Positions 27,215 through 39,093 of a stretch of 64,000 nt of DNA are shown here, piece after piece. Within the stretch, counting starts at the first letter, position 1, and every line of letters starts with the position of its first letter. The DNA is from Laetmonice hystrix. Its lineage: Eukaryota. The stretch spans positions 1,924,001 to 1,988,000 of the forward strand of contig OZ249436.1 in NCBI GenBank assembly GCA_965235115.1, written 5' to 3'. The notes beneath the pieces are model-generated. The model ran no database searches. It was not told the DNA's origin and was given only the letters and a program-made list of their open reading frames with translations. The translations under genes were made by a program, and so were the position numbers.

Positions 27215-28089
27215 GCTATAACCCGCTCTATAATATTCATCACACAAGGCATGTCCTGTCACGGCGCCTGGTGAGCCAAGTCTGTTTTTCTAGCCGTTTT
27301 TCTTTCTATTTGCCTCCACTCATGCAGGCTCATAACCGTTCCCTTGGCAACCTTATTTTACTTTGTTTCAATTAATTCTTGAATTAGCCTACTGGTCACG
27401 CATGTGGTCGTTAAATATAGATCGAAATCCATGGAACTGTGTAATGGAACATATAGCCCAAGAGGAGAGATGTGTCCAAGGTGATCATGAGCTTGATTAA
27501 AAATAAACCAGTTGGAGAAAATAAAAATGTTTAAAAATCCACGATTAAATGGGTTGGATAGGTTCTGAAGTCATCTCGTCTGGGCCTTCTTGTCCACCCC
27601 AACGGTAATATTACCCTTAGGCTTCCATTGGGATGTCATCGCAAAGGTAGCCTGCATAGGATTAGGCCTACGTAACAACACGTGTCTCACGCACACCAAA
27701 CATAGCAGGCCTGGACCTATGCCGCCTATAGATGACCAAAAGGTAGGCCCTGGGTTGAAATAAATTATAGAATGCAGTCCCTACTTTTGACCTTTCTTGG
27801 TGATTCCTCTTTAAGAGATTTCAACCTCTTTAATATCTTTGCGTGCTCAGCAAAACGCTCACGTGCAGATCTTGTCCGACTCGAAGCCGATCTTGACCAT
27901 TACCCTCCTAGGCCCCAGTTCACTTAATCCTACATCTGGATGTTAATAAACGCAAAACTGTCCTTTTTGAGGATTCCCTCGGGTTTTTTTCTACTTTATA
28001 ATACAATGAATCACGACTTACAGGGCACATTGCCATACTCACGCTTTATGAATGAATTATTATGTAATTAATATTTATGCTGATAAGTG

Positions 28090-28264
28090 TATGTTGTTGT
28101 GACGTCACGCCCCGTGCAGCCTTCCAAAATGGCGACTGTACGGGCTGAGCATTGATGGCAAGAGCGGCGAGGTGCCGTGTTACAGCCTGGAGAATGCCCG
28201 CACGCTTGGATTGTTACTCTAAAGTGTTTGATATGCGTTGGGAGTCAACGTAAACGTGGGAATT
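28090..28264 (+). promoter_or_regulatory. Putative unc-13 proximal promoter / 5' UTR (CpG-rich)
   Basis: Palindromic CRE GTGACGTCAC 28099-28108, YY1-like CAAAATGGCG 28125-28134, and local GC/CpG enrichment from about 28090 to 28500 in an AT-rich background. Confidence 0.6.
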
Positions 28265-28286
28265 ATGTCACTGTTGTGTATATGCG
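28265..28286 (+). CDS. unc-13: unc-13/Munc13 coding exon 1 (MSLLCIC + G)
   Basis: ATG TCA CTG TTG TGT ATA TGC G followed by donor GTGAGT; matches the Munc13-1/ubMunc13-2 N-terminus MSLLCV. Confidence 0.93.
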
Positions 28287-28544
28287 GTGAGTATTTCTGC
28301 AGAGAGCGGAGCTACAATGATTAGAGTGAGCGGTATACATGATGCGGCCGCCTAGGTTACCTGTTTCCTACGCTCGTGCTGCTGGCTGGCGGGCGGCCGC
28401 GCGTTCCCGTGACCGGGGCATTTAGTCGCAGCTATTCGAGGGAGCGTCGACCTCCCGACCACACTGCGCCTTTATTTACATGCTAGCGCCGTGCACATAA
28501 CATGGATTTGTACGATTCTGATGGTGTTATTTCTTCTGTTGCAG

Positions 28545-28574
28545 TGAAGAAAGCACGACTGACTGGACCTCCAG
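28545..28574 (+). CDS. unc-13: unc-13 coding exon 2 (30 nt; VKKARLTGPP)
   Basis: Acceptor TTTCTTCTGTTGCAG, donor GTAATA; phase 1-1 and in frame with exons 1 and 3 (cf. VKKAKFDGAQ). Confidence 0.93.
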
Positions 28575-29143
28575 GTAATATACACATCTCTTGTATTTAT
28601 ATATGTCTGTGTCGTGTTAACGCACGCAGTCGGCTTTCTCAGCGGTCGGTTTGTTTTGGTACTGAGTATGCAAGAGGTGGCACCACGCCCCCCCCCCAAC
28701 CGGACAGGTGCTCGCCCCAGGCCCCGATGATAGATATATAGTATAGCCTATAGCCCTGGTAATAAATAGACACCCTATAATGAATAAATAACAGTAGGGA
28801 AACTTTATTAGGATTCCACAATTTATAAATTTGTGACTGGGAGAAAAATTAGTCGCTTTTAAATCACTCCATGACTCTGAGTGACATGCCCTTAGGTCGT
28901 CAAAAGAGGGTTACAAGGATGTGGTCGCATGAAACCGCTAATAAACATGTAGAACCTACATTTATAGGAACCCCCAGGGTCATGGGTCAGAAGGTCAGGG
29001 AGCCAGCTCCCCTGACTCCATTTTCACAGGGCCCTGGGCAACAGGAGGGAGTAGGTAAATTAAATTAAATTAACAGCTTTGTAGGCTACACGTCAGACTC
29101 GGGTCTGTCTTTATCAGGCTTTACACACACCTCTTAGAAAGGA

Positions 29144-30041
29144 AATATTCCTGACTGGTGCCTCCCCCAGCCGGTATATTCCTGACTGGTGCCTCCCACA
29201 GCCGGTATATTCCTGACTGGTGCCTCCCACAGCCAGTATATTCCTGACTGGTGCCTCCCCCAGCCGGTATATTCCTGACTGGTGCCTCCCACAGCCAGTA
29301 TTCCTGACTGGTGCCTCCCCCAGCCAGTATTCCTGACTGGTGCCTCCCCCAGCCAGTATTCCTGACTGGTGCCTCCCCCAGCCAGTATTCCTGACTGGTG
29401 CCTCCCACAGCCAGTATATTCCTGACTGGTGCCTCCCCCAGCCAGTATATTCCTGACTGGTGCCTCCCCCAGCCAGTATTCCTGACTGGTGCCTCCCCCA
29501 GCCAGTATATTCCTGACTGGTGCCTCCCCCACCCAGTATATTCCTGACTGGTGCCTCCCCCACCCAGTATATTCCTGACTGGTGCCTCCCCCAGCCGGTA
29601 TATTCCTGACTGGTACCTCCCCCAGCCAGTATATTCCTGACTGGTACCTCCCCCCAGCCAATATATTCCTGAATGGTGCCTCCCCCAGCCAGTATTCCTG
29701 ACTGGTGCCTCCCCCAGCCGGTATATTCCTGACTGGTACCTCCCCCCAGCCAATATATTCCTGAATGGTGCCTCCCCCAGCCAGTATTCCTGACTGGTGC
29801 CTCCCCCAGCCAGTATATTCCTGACTGGTACCTCCCCCCAGCCAATATATTCCTGACTGGTGCCTCCCCCAGCCAGTATTCCTGACTGGTGCCTCCCCCA
29901 GCCGGTATATTCCTGACTGGTACCTCCCCCCAGCCAATATATTCCTGAATGGTGCCTCCCCCAGCCAGTATTCCTGACTGGTGCCTCCCCCAGCCAGTAT
30001 ATTCCTGACTGGTGCCTCCCACAGCCGGTATATTCCTGACT
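29144..30041. repeat. 29-32 bp minisatellite TA(TA)TTCCTGACTGGTGCCTCCCCCAGCCAG, about 29 copies
   Basis: Direct reading; local 3-unit higher-order pattern. Confidence 0.97.
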
Positions 30042-30249
30042 TTTGTCCCCCCCCCCATCCCAAGTGTTCCAGATGGGTGAACAGGGGTAGATGCAATAGC
30101 ACAGGGTCTGAGTGAACACGATATTTGTTAATTGTACAGAAATCTGTAAAACTAAAATTAGTAATACAATAGATATGAATGCTTGAATGGTCCCACTCAC
30201 TATGCAACTCAATACTTAGCAGAACCTCAGTTCTGGACTTGTTATGTTA

Positions 30250-30526
30250 TGGTAGTACATACAAGTGTGTCCCAAGTGTAGCAGATATATCTGGTGGTAG
30301 TACATACAAGTGTATCCCAAGTGTAGCAGATATATCTGGTGGTAGTACATACAAGTGTATCCCAAGTGTAGCAGATATATCTGGTGGTAGTACGTACAAG
30401 TGTATCCCAAGTGTAGCAGATATATTTACTGGTGGTAGTACATACAAGTGTATCCCAGGTGTAGCAGATATATCTGGTGGTAGTACATACAAGTGTATCC
30501 CAAGTGTAGCAGATATATTTACTGGT
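30250..30526. repeat. 45-bp minisatellite, 6 copies
   Basis: Unit GGTAGTACATACAAGTGTATCCCAAGTGTAGCAGATATATCTGGT. Confidence 0.97.
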
Positions 30527-30858
30527 GCTACAGATGCTAATTACTGGAGTCACGATAGGTTCTATTATAAAAGCAAGAGAAACTATTTTTGGAAGCCACC
30601 ATTATTTATGAATACCTTTTATAATCGTGTTTGTTTCATCAGAGACACATGCCCACGTGCCACAGGGGATGGTAATGAAAGTCCTTGAACCTGTCAGCCT
30701 AGATAGAAATAGCAGGTATTGGTCTGACATATCTACGCTGTGCTCTATATTTAGAGATTCCATAATTGGAAATAAGATTTATGTGAAAGAAGAGAATACG
30801 GACGCACGTGGTTTTTTTTATTTATAGACGGGGTTTCATAACGTCAGTTCAAATTACA

Positions 30859-31655
30859 GTGGATTGAGATAAACCGTTTGTAAAGTTTGTAAAGTGATTG
30901 AGATAAACCGTTTGTAAAGTTTGTAAAGTGATTGAGATAAACCGTTTGTAAAGTTTGTAAAGTGATTGAGATAAACCGTTTGTAAAGTTTGTAAAGTGAT
31001 TGAGATAAACCGTTTGTAAAGTTTGTAAAGTGATTGAGATAAACCGTTTGTAAAGTTTGTAAAGTGATTGAGATAAACCGTTTGTAAAGTTTGTAAAGTG
31101 ATTGAGATAAACCGTTTGTAAAGTTTGTAAAGTGATTGAGATAAACCGTTTGTAAAGTTTGTAAAGTGATTGAGATAAACCGTTTGTAAAGTTTGTAAAG
31201 TGATTGAGATAAACCGTTTGTAAAGTTTGTAAAGTGATTGAGATAAACCGTTTGTAAAGTTTGTATTAAAAGTGATTGAGATAAACCGTTTGTAAAGTTT
31301 GTAAAGTGATTGAGATAAACCGTTTGTAAAGTGATTGAGATAAACCGTTTGTAAAGTTTGTAAAGTGATTGAGATAAACCGTTTGTAAAGTTTGTAAAGT
31401 GATTGAGATAAACCGTTTGTAAAGTGATTGAGATAAACCGTTTGTAAAGTTTGTAAAGTGATTGAGATAAACCGTTTGTAAAGTTTGTAAAGTGATGGAG
31501 ATAAACCGTTTGTAAAGTTTGTAAAGTGATGGAGATAAACCGTTTGTAAAGTTTGTAAAGTGATGGAGATAAACCGTTTGTAAAGTTTGTAAAGTGATGG
31601 AGATAAACCGTTTGTAAAGTTTGTAAAGTGATTGAGATAAACCGTTTGTAAAGTT
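30859..31655. repeat. 34-bp minisatellite GTGATTGAGATAAACCGTTTGTAAAGTTTGTAAA, about 23 copies
   Basis: Direct reading. Confidence 0.98.
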
Positions 31656-31993
31656 CAAGGGAGCTTTACATTTTGTATTTGTTGTAACCCTCGTGCTGGG
31701 TGACAGTTTCTCATGTGTACGACCGACCGTACAAGGCTTACCCTAGGTCAGATTCTGGAAGGCTGAGGTAAAATAATTGTAGAATTCTGGTACCCGGATC
31801 AAATGTGGTCCAAACTCACCAACCAAAAGCTTTATGACAATAATATAACACAAGAGGTTTTGTGTCTTTAAATCTTCCTACTAAAAAATCCGGGTTAAAC
31901 AGTTATTGGGTGTAAGTAGGGACTTCAAACATTTTTCAAAGTCCTCGAGTACTTATTGCAGACTCAGCCTCGAATCTCCGGTGTCCGTATGGG

Positions 31994-32126
31994 CCAACTA
32001 TTTGATTTATGGTACAACTGGTATTTCTAGTTTGTATGTGCCAATTATTTGATTTATGGTACAACTGGTATTTCTAGTTTGTATGTGCTAACTATTTGAT
32101 TTATGGTACAACTGGTATTTCTAGTT
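31994..32126. repeat. 47-bp repeat, about 3 copies
   Basis: CTATTTGATTTATGGTACAACTGGTATTTCTAGTTT repeated. Confidence 0.92.
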
Positions 32127-32386
32127 TTAAGGCCATAAGAAGGAGATTAGTGAGGGACAAATGACCGTGCACATTATAAGTGTATTTTATTACCACTTAG
32201 CAGTTCGTTAACGTGAGGGTAAACTGGCAAAACTATCTGAAATCGACATTTTAAAAACTTAGATACTTGAGGTCTTACTATAGAATGCTGCAAGTAATTT
32301 CTTCATTTTCTGCATATTTCTTGCAAAGTTTTAAGGGAATAATAGGATATTTCCAATTGAATTTAAAGAGATGATTGTCTTTTTCA

Positions 32387-32520
32387 ATACATTATGTATA
32401 CATGGACATGTTCCTGTGTACATTATGTATACATGTTCCTGTGTACATTATGTATACATGTTCCTGTGTACATTATGTATACATGTTCCTGTGTACATTA
32501 CCCACGGTATACATGTTACT
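32387..32520. repeat. 25-bp repeat TACATTATGTATACATGTTCCTGTG, about 5 copies
   Basis: Direct reading. Confidence 0.92.
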
Positions 32521-34193
32521 GTATGTATAATGTTCCTGTATACTGCTACAGGAGAATACACAAGCCTAATCTAGTTCGTCTAATACCACTGTTATTACGA
32601 CAATTACCAAAATCGATTTTCCATAATTATTGCACTGGCTGTACTATTTCCAAACAGTGCCTCCATTTGTAAACTTATTAAGTATAGAAATATAGTACCA
32701 GTACCGTAAATACTAACAGTAATAAGGATCGTTAACCAGTGTTTAATTATAACTCGTCTATGGCAGTAACAGGAACAAAACTTCAAGATTACTGAGTGAC
32801 AAATATCGATTTATTGGACCTTTAAATACTAACATACAAAGATCAGTCTTTAAAAGTTAGTAATTATATGTGAAAGTTTCCAGTTGGCCCAGTTTTCTGA
32901 TAATCAGAAGTTACTTGAACTCCTTAGGAATGAGTGAACAGTTTGTATTGAGAATATGATACAATATTAGATCCTGGAGACGTTTGACCTGCGTTGACAG
33001 CTCAGCCTGTCTGACACCAGGTGGCACTGTTCTCACAGTTTTTAAACCACCTTCACACTCTGTAATCTGATTCCATGTATGACCAACACCTGTCCAACCT
33101 GCTTCAGTCCCATGACTCAGTATAATTCCCCTCATATTTGGATAGAGGTTCTGAAAGTTCTCGTTGCCACGGTGTTAAAGAAAGGGTTGTTTCTCATTAC
33201 ATTAAAATTATGATTCCAATTGGATATTTGTGAACTGTCCGTTACCCTTGAGAACATATCATTGCTCTGACTAGTTGCCTGATGTGAACCACAAGATATG
33301 ATATTGATCAGGCAGCTTTATGACTTATCAAGGCTTATAAAAGCTGAGCCCAATATTATTATAATCGTATTTCTTACATAATTTGGATCTTAGAAACTCC
33401 ATCAGTGACGCACAAATATACATTCAGCATGATGCTTGATTAATTTTCTCAGACCTGTACTGAATAACGCCTGGCTGGTGAAGATTACTGTTTAATAATG
33501 ACAGTACATTAATGACAGTACATGGTACTGGGTACACCCGGTACTTGGTTATTATATGGGAAATCTCAGCAGTCAGTGCTGACATCTGGTAACCACATGG
33601 CGTTAACATGCCTCCAGCATAGCAGTGTTTAAAATTCAGGTACAATTTTCGCCTGGCGACAACTTACACGAGGCCATGCTGTTATTTACATAGATCGGTA
33701 ATTTGACAGCAGTATTGCACCTATAGTGTTTGCATTTGGCCCTCGAGGTGGTTGAACTTTAAACCACTCAGGCTCAGACTAGCACCTTCTCTGTCCTATG
33801 TGGCTGTGAGTGGGACATAAACAAAAGGCTGGGATATTGAGAGATCCCGCAGGGGCAAGGATGACAGAAACCTACCAACTGGTAGAAACAAATATGTTAT
33901 AATCTGAGTTGTGGAATATTTCGTATAGTAGTATTATTTCTGTTTTAATTTCATCTATTTACAGTATAATATCATCCTAAATCCGAGTATAGCACACTGA
34001 TGTTGAAATTTACACATCATAAATCCTGCTGTGGTAATAGTGTCAATGCTTTCACAAGGTGAGCATCACCTGAAGGTTATAATATTGATTGTATCAGTGC
34101 CAGTGTGTGCATCCAGTGTTTCTTCTTCTTGTTTCCTATGAATTGGGAACTGTAGTGTCAGACCTATTTAAGCCTTTTGATGACACATTCTCC

Positions 34194-34462
34194 AGGGCCC
34201 GTTTTTTTTTGTTTACTTTTCCACCGTGAGCAAGGGTGAGCTGAGCTGAGCAAGGGGGAACATGAGCTCATTCTCACCGTTTTTGTGCTTTTTTTGGTTG
34301 TTTTTTTTTTCCATGAAGTGTGCTCATGGCAAGCTCGCTCGCGGAAAAACACCTCAAAAATCGAAAACAGTGAGCAAAACGGTGAGCATGAGGTTCTGCT
34401 CACCCTTGCTCAGCTCAGCTCACGCTTGCTCACGGTGGAAAAGTAAACAAAAAACCGGGCCT
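34194..34462. mobile_element. Near-palindromic fold-back MITE (about 270 bp)
   Basis: Left arm GGGCCCGTTT...GTTTACTTTTCCACCGTGAGCAAGGGTGAGCTGAGCTGAGCAAGGG is the reverse complement of right arm CCCTTGCTCAGCTCAGCTCACGCTTGCTCACGGTGGAAAAGTAAAC...CCGGGCCT. Confidence 0.85.
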
Positions 34463-34496
34463 AGGTATTAGTCTCTTTCCTGGTGTTGTTTGTTGT

Positions 34497-35920
34497 GATC
34501 TTGTCACTCAGGCAGTGTGTTTTGGTGTTTGCTATGATCCGGTCACTCAGACAGTGTGTTTTGGTGTTTCCTATGATCCTGCCACTCAGGCAGTGTGTTT
34601 TGGTGTTTGCTATGATCCGGTCACTCAGGCAGTGTGTTTTGGTGTTTCCTATGATCCTGCCACTCAGGCAGTGTGTTTTGGTGTTTGCTATGATCCTGTC
34701 ACTCAGGCAGTGTGGTTTGGTGTTTGCTATGATCCTGTCACTCAGGCAGTGTGTTTTGGTGTTTGCTATGATCCTGCCACTCAGGCAGTGTGTTTTGGTG
34801 TTTGCTATGATCCGGCCACTCAGGCAGTGTTTTGGTGTTTGCTATGATCCTGTCACTCAGGCAGTGTGTTTTGGTGTTTGCTATAGGGAACCCCAGTAAC
34901 TCACGCCAAAGTGCGTGAAAACGCGTGAAAACGGCGCAGTGGTGTCACCCTATTATCGCTTAACATAGGCGCAGATAGGACGTCTGTATTCAACCCATGA
35001 CTACACTTGCTGGGGTGACTATTTTGATCAGAAAGGAAGGTTAGACTGTGAAACAGAATGTAGGAAAGGCTTAGAAAAATGTTCGGTGCCCTAGCAACTC
35101 TTAGATATTTTAAAATCAATTAATTAGAATTAAAATCGAGAGACCCAATCAGCGACGTCAGGAACAATGCACAATAGCGCTACGTCACAATGGTCATTTG
35201 GAATGTGATCATAACGGGCCTAAATATTAATGGCGGACGGTGCTTCGCTTCGCCAGTTCAAACGTCTCTAACTGCTAAAATACACAAGGAAGAACGTTGA
35301 AGCGTGACATAAGGGGATAAAATATTGAACCAAACAATGTCACTGACTTAGAATTGTTTAGCAAGGTCCCCCCTTTCTTAATTCAAGCACTGTCATCGCC
35401 GGAGATCGGTGAAGTTTGTGACGTTACAATTTCGTACCCTCGTAATCTGACAGTTTTTCCGTAAATCTTGAAAAGATTAAGTAACAGATGAGAATGCCAT
35501 ATACTTTTATAGATCGAGGATTACTGTAAAATTCGGTCAGGATAGATTCTAAAATTAAGAGTTGTGGTTTAGTATTTCTAATGGGCCGTTTTTATTGGGG
35601 CCTGGCTTGACCCAAGCCAAAGTCAATGAGTGGGCGATAATGGACTGACACCATGCGACTGCGCATGTCCGAGACTTTGGTTCCCTATGATCCTGTCACT
35701 CAGGCAGTGTTTTGGTGTTTGCTATGATCCTGTCACTCAGGCAGTGTGTTTTGGTGTTTGCTATGATCCTGTCACTCAGGCAGTGTGTTTTAGTGTTTGC
35801 TATGATCCTGTCACTCAGGCAGTGTGGTTTGGTGTTTGCTATGATCCTGTCACTCAGGCAGTGTGTTTTGGTGTTTGCTATGATCCTGTCACTCAGGCAG
35901 TGTGTTTTGGTGTTTTCTAT
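34497..35920. repeat. 39-bp minisatellite CTATGATCCTGTCACTCAGGCAGTGTGTTTTGGTGTTTG interrupted by an 802-bp insertion
   Basis: About 10 copies at 34497-34884 and about 6 copies at 35687-35920. Confidence 0.96.
34885..35686. mobile_element. Non-autonomous DNA transposon with AT target duplication (ISL2EU-like)
   Basis: Short TIR AGGGAACC / GGTTCCCT. The array unit GCTATGATCC is split as GCTAT-[element]-ATGATCC, duplicating AT. Confidence 0.8.
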
Positions 35921-35990
35921 AAGGTTTTTTTTCGTGTTTCAGTGTTGTTCGTTATTGTTGTTTTTGTCACGGTCTGACTGCGTTTTCTTT

Positions 35991-38900
35991 TGGTGTTACC
36001 CACAACAGACAGTAAAGTGACCTGTATACATGTACATGACCTCAGACTGCCTGTAGGTCCTGGCGTTAGGCGGCCAATACTGGTGTTACCCACAACAGAC
36101 AGTAAAGTGACCTGTATACATGTACATGACCTCAGACTGCCTGTAGGTCCTGGCGTTAGGCGGCCAATACTGGTGTTACCCACAACAGACAGTAAAGTGA
36201 CCTGTATACATGTACATGACCTCAGACTGCCTGTAGGTCCTGGCGTTAGGCGGCCAATACTGGTGTTACCTACAACAGACAGTAAAGTGACCTGTATACA
36301 TGTACATGACCTCAGACTGCCTGTAGGTCCTGGCGTTAGGCGGCCAATACTGGTGTTACCCACAACACTGACAGTAAAGTGACCTGTATACATGTACATG
36401 ACCTCAGACTGCCTGTAGGTCCTGGCGTTAGGCGGCCAATACTGGTGTTACCCACAACAGACAGTAAAGTGACCTGTATACATGTACATGACCTCAGACT
36501 GCCTGTAGGTCCTGGCGTTAGGCGGCCAATACTGGTGTTACCTACAACAGACAGTAAAGTGACCTGTATACATGTACATGACCTCAGACTGCCTGTAGGT
36601 CCTGGCGTTAGGCGGCCAATACTGGTGTTACCTACAACAGACAGTAAAGTGACCTGTATACATGTACATGACCTCAGACTGCCTGTAGGTCCTGGCGTTA
36701 GGCGGCCAATACTGGTGTTACCTACAACAGACAGTAAAGTGACCTGTATACATGTACATGACCTCAGACTGCCTGTAGGTCCTGGCGTTAGGCGGCCAAT
36801 ACTGGTGTTACCCACAACAGACAGTAAAGTGACCTGTATACATGTACATGACCTCAGACTGCCTGTAGGTCCTGGCGTTAGGCGGCCAATACTGGTGTTA
36901 CCCACAACAGACAGTAAAGTGACCTGTATACATGTACATGACCTCAGACTGCCTGTAGGTCCTGGCGTTAGGCGGCCAATACTGGTGTTACCCACAACAG
37001 ACAGTAAAGTGACCTGTATACATGTACATGACCTCAGACTGCCTGTAGGTCCTGGCGTTAGGCGGCCAATACTGGTGTTACCTACAACAGACAGTAAAGT
37101 GACCTGTATACATGTACATGACCTCAGACTGCCTGTAGGTCCTGGCGTTAGGCGACCAATACTGGTGTTACCCACAACAGACAGTAAAGTGACCTGTATA
37201 CATGTACATGACCTCAGACTGCCTGTAGGTCCCCACAACAGACAGTAAAGTGACCTGTATACATGTACATGACCTCAGACTGCCTGTAGGTCCTGGCGTT
37301 AGGGTGGTGTTACCCACAACAGACAGTAAAGTGACCTGTATACATGTACATGACCTCAGACTGCCTGTAGGTCCTGGCGTTAGGCGGCCAATACTGGTGT
37401 TACCCACAACAGACAGTAAAGTGACCTGTATACATGTACATGACCTCAGACTGCCTGTAGGTCCTGGCGTTAGGCGGCCAATACTGGTGTTATCCACAAC
37501 AGACAGTAAAGTGACCTGTATACATGTACATGACCTCAGACTGCCTGTAGGTCCTGGCGTTAGGCGACCAATACTGGTGTTACCCTCAACAGACAGTAAA
37601 GTGACCTGTATACATGTACATGACCTCAGACTGCCTGTAGGTCCTGGCGTTAGGCGGCCAATACTGGTGTTATCCACAACAGACAGTAAAGTGACCTGTA
37701 TACATGTACATGACCTCAGACTGCCTGTCGTTAGGCGGCCAATACTGGTGTTATCCACAACAGACAGTAAAGTGACCTGTATACATGTACATGACCTCAG
37801 ACTGCCTGTAGGTCCTGGCGTTAGGCGGCCAATACTGGTGTTACCCACAACAGACAGTAAAGTGACCTGTATACATGTACATGACCTCAGACTGCCTGTA
37901 GGTCCTGGCGTTAGGCGGCCAATACTGGTGTTACCTACAACAGACAGTAAAGTGACCTGTATACATGTACATGACCTCAGACTGCCTGTAGGTCCTGGCG
38001 TTAGGCGGCCAATACTGGTGTTACCCACAACAGACAGTAAAGTGACCTGTATACATGTACATGACCTCAGACTGCCTGTAGGTCCTGGCGTTAGGCGGCC
38101 AATACTGGTGTTACCTACAACAGACAGTAAAGTGACCTGTATACATGTACATGACCTCAGACTGCCTGTAGGTCCTGGCGTTAGGCGGCCAATACTGGTG
38201 TTACCTACAACAGACAGTAAAGTGACCTGTATACATGTACATGACCTCAGACTGCCTGTAGGTCCTGGCGTTAGGCGGCCAATACTGGTGTTACCCACAA
38301 CACTGACAGTAAAGTGACCTGTATACATGTACATGACCTCAGACTGCCTGTAGGTCCTGGCGTTAGGCGGCCAATACTGGTGTTACCCACAACACTGACA
38401 GTAAAGTGACCTGTATACATGTACATGACCTCAGACTGCCTGTAGGTCCTGGCGTTAGGCGGCCAATACTGGTGTTACCTACAACACTGACAGTAAAGTG
38501 ACCTGTATACATGTACATGACCTCAGACTGCCTGTAGGTCCTGGCGTTAGGCGGCCAATACTGGTGTTACCCACAACACTGACAGTAAAGTGACCTGTAT
38601 ACATGTACATGACCTCAGACTGCCTGTAGGTCCTGGCGTTAGGCGGCCAATACTGGTGTTACCCACAACAGACAGTAAAGTGACCTGTATACATGTACAT
38701 GACCTCAGACTGCCTGTAGGTCCTGGCGTTAGGCGACCAATACTGGTGTTACCCACAACAGACAGTAAAGTGACCTGTATACATGTACATGACCTCAGAC
38801 TGCCTGTAGGTCCTGGCGTTAGGCGGCCAATACTGGTGTTACCCACAACAGACAGTAAAGTGACCTGTATACATGTACATGACCTCAGACTGCCTGTAGG

Positions 38901-39093
38901 TCCTGGCGTTAGGCGGCCAATACTGGTGTTACCTACAACAGACAGTAAAGTGACCTGTATACATGTACATGACCTCAGACTGCCTGTAGGTCCTGGCGTT
39001 AGGCGGCCAATACTGGTGTTACCTACAACAGACAGTAAAGTGACCTGTATACATGTACATGACCTCAGACTGCCTGTAGGTCCTGGCGTTAGG
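35991..39093. repeat. 90-bp minisatellite, about 34 copies
   Basis: 30-aa periodic pseudo-ORFs on both strands; occasional 2-bp insertions and internal deletions. Confidence 0.98.

Noticed and set aside
29114..30212. Three overlapping minus-strand ORFs of more than 300 aa
   Set aside because: Stop-free repeat unit that is open in all three frames; an artefact.
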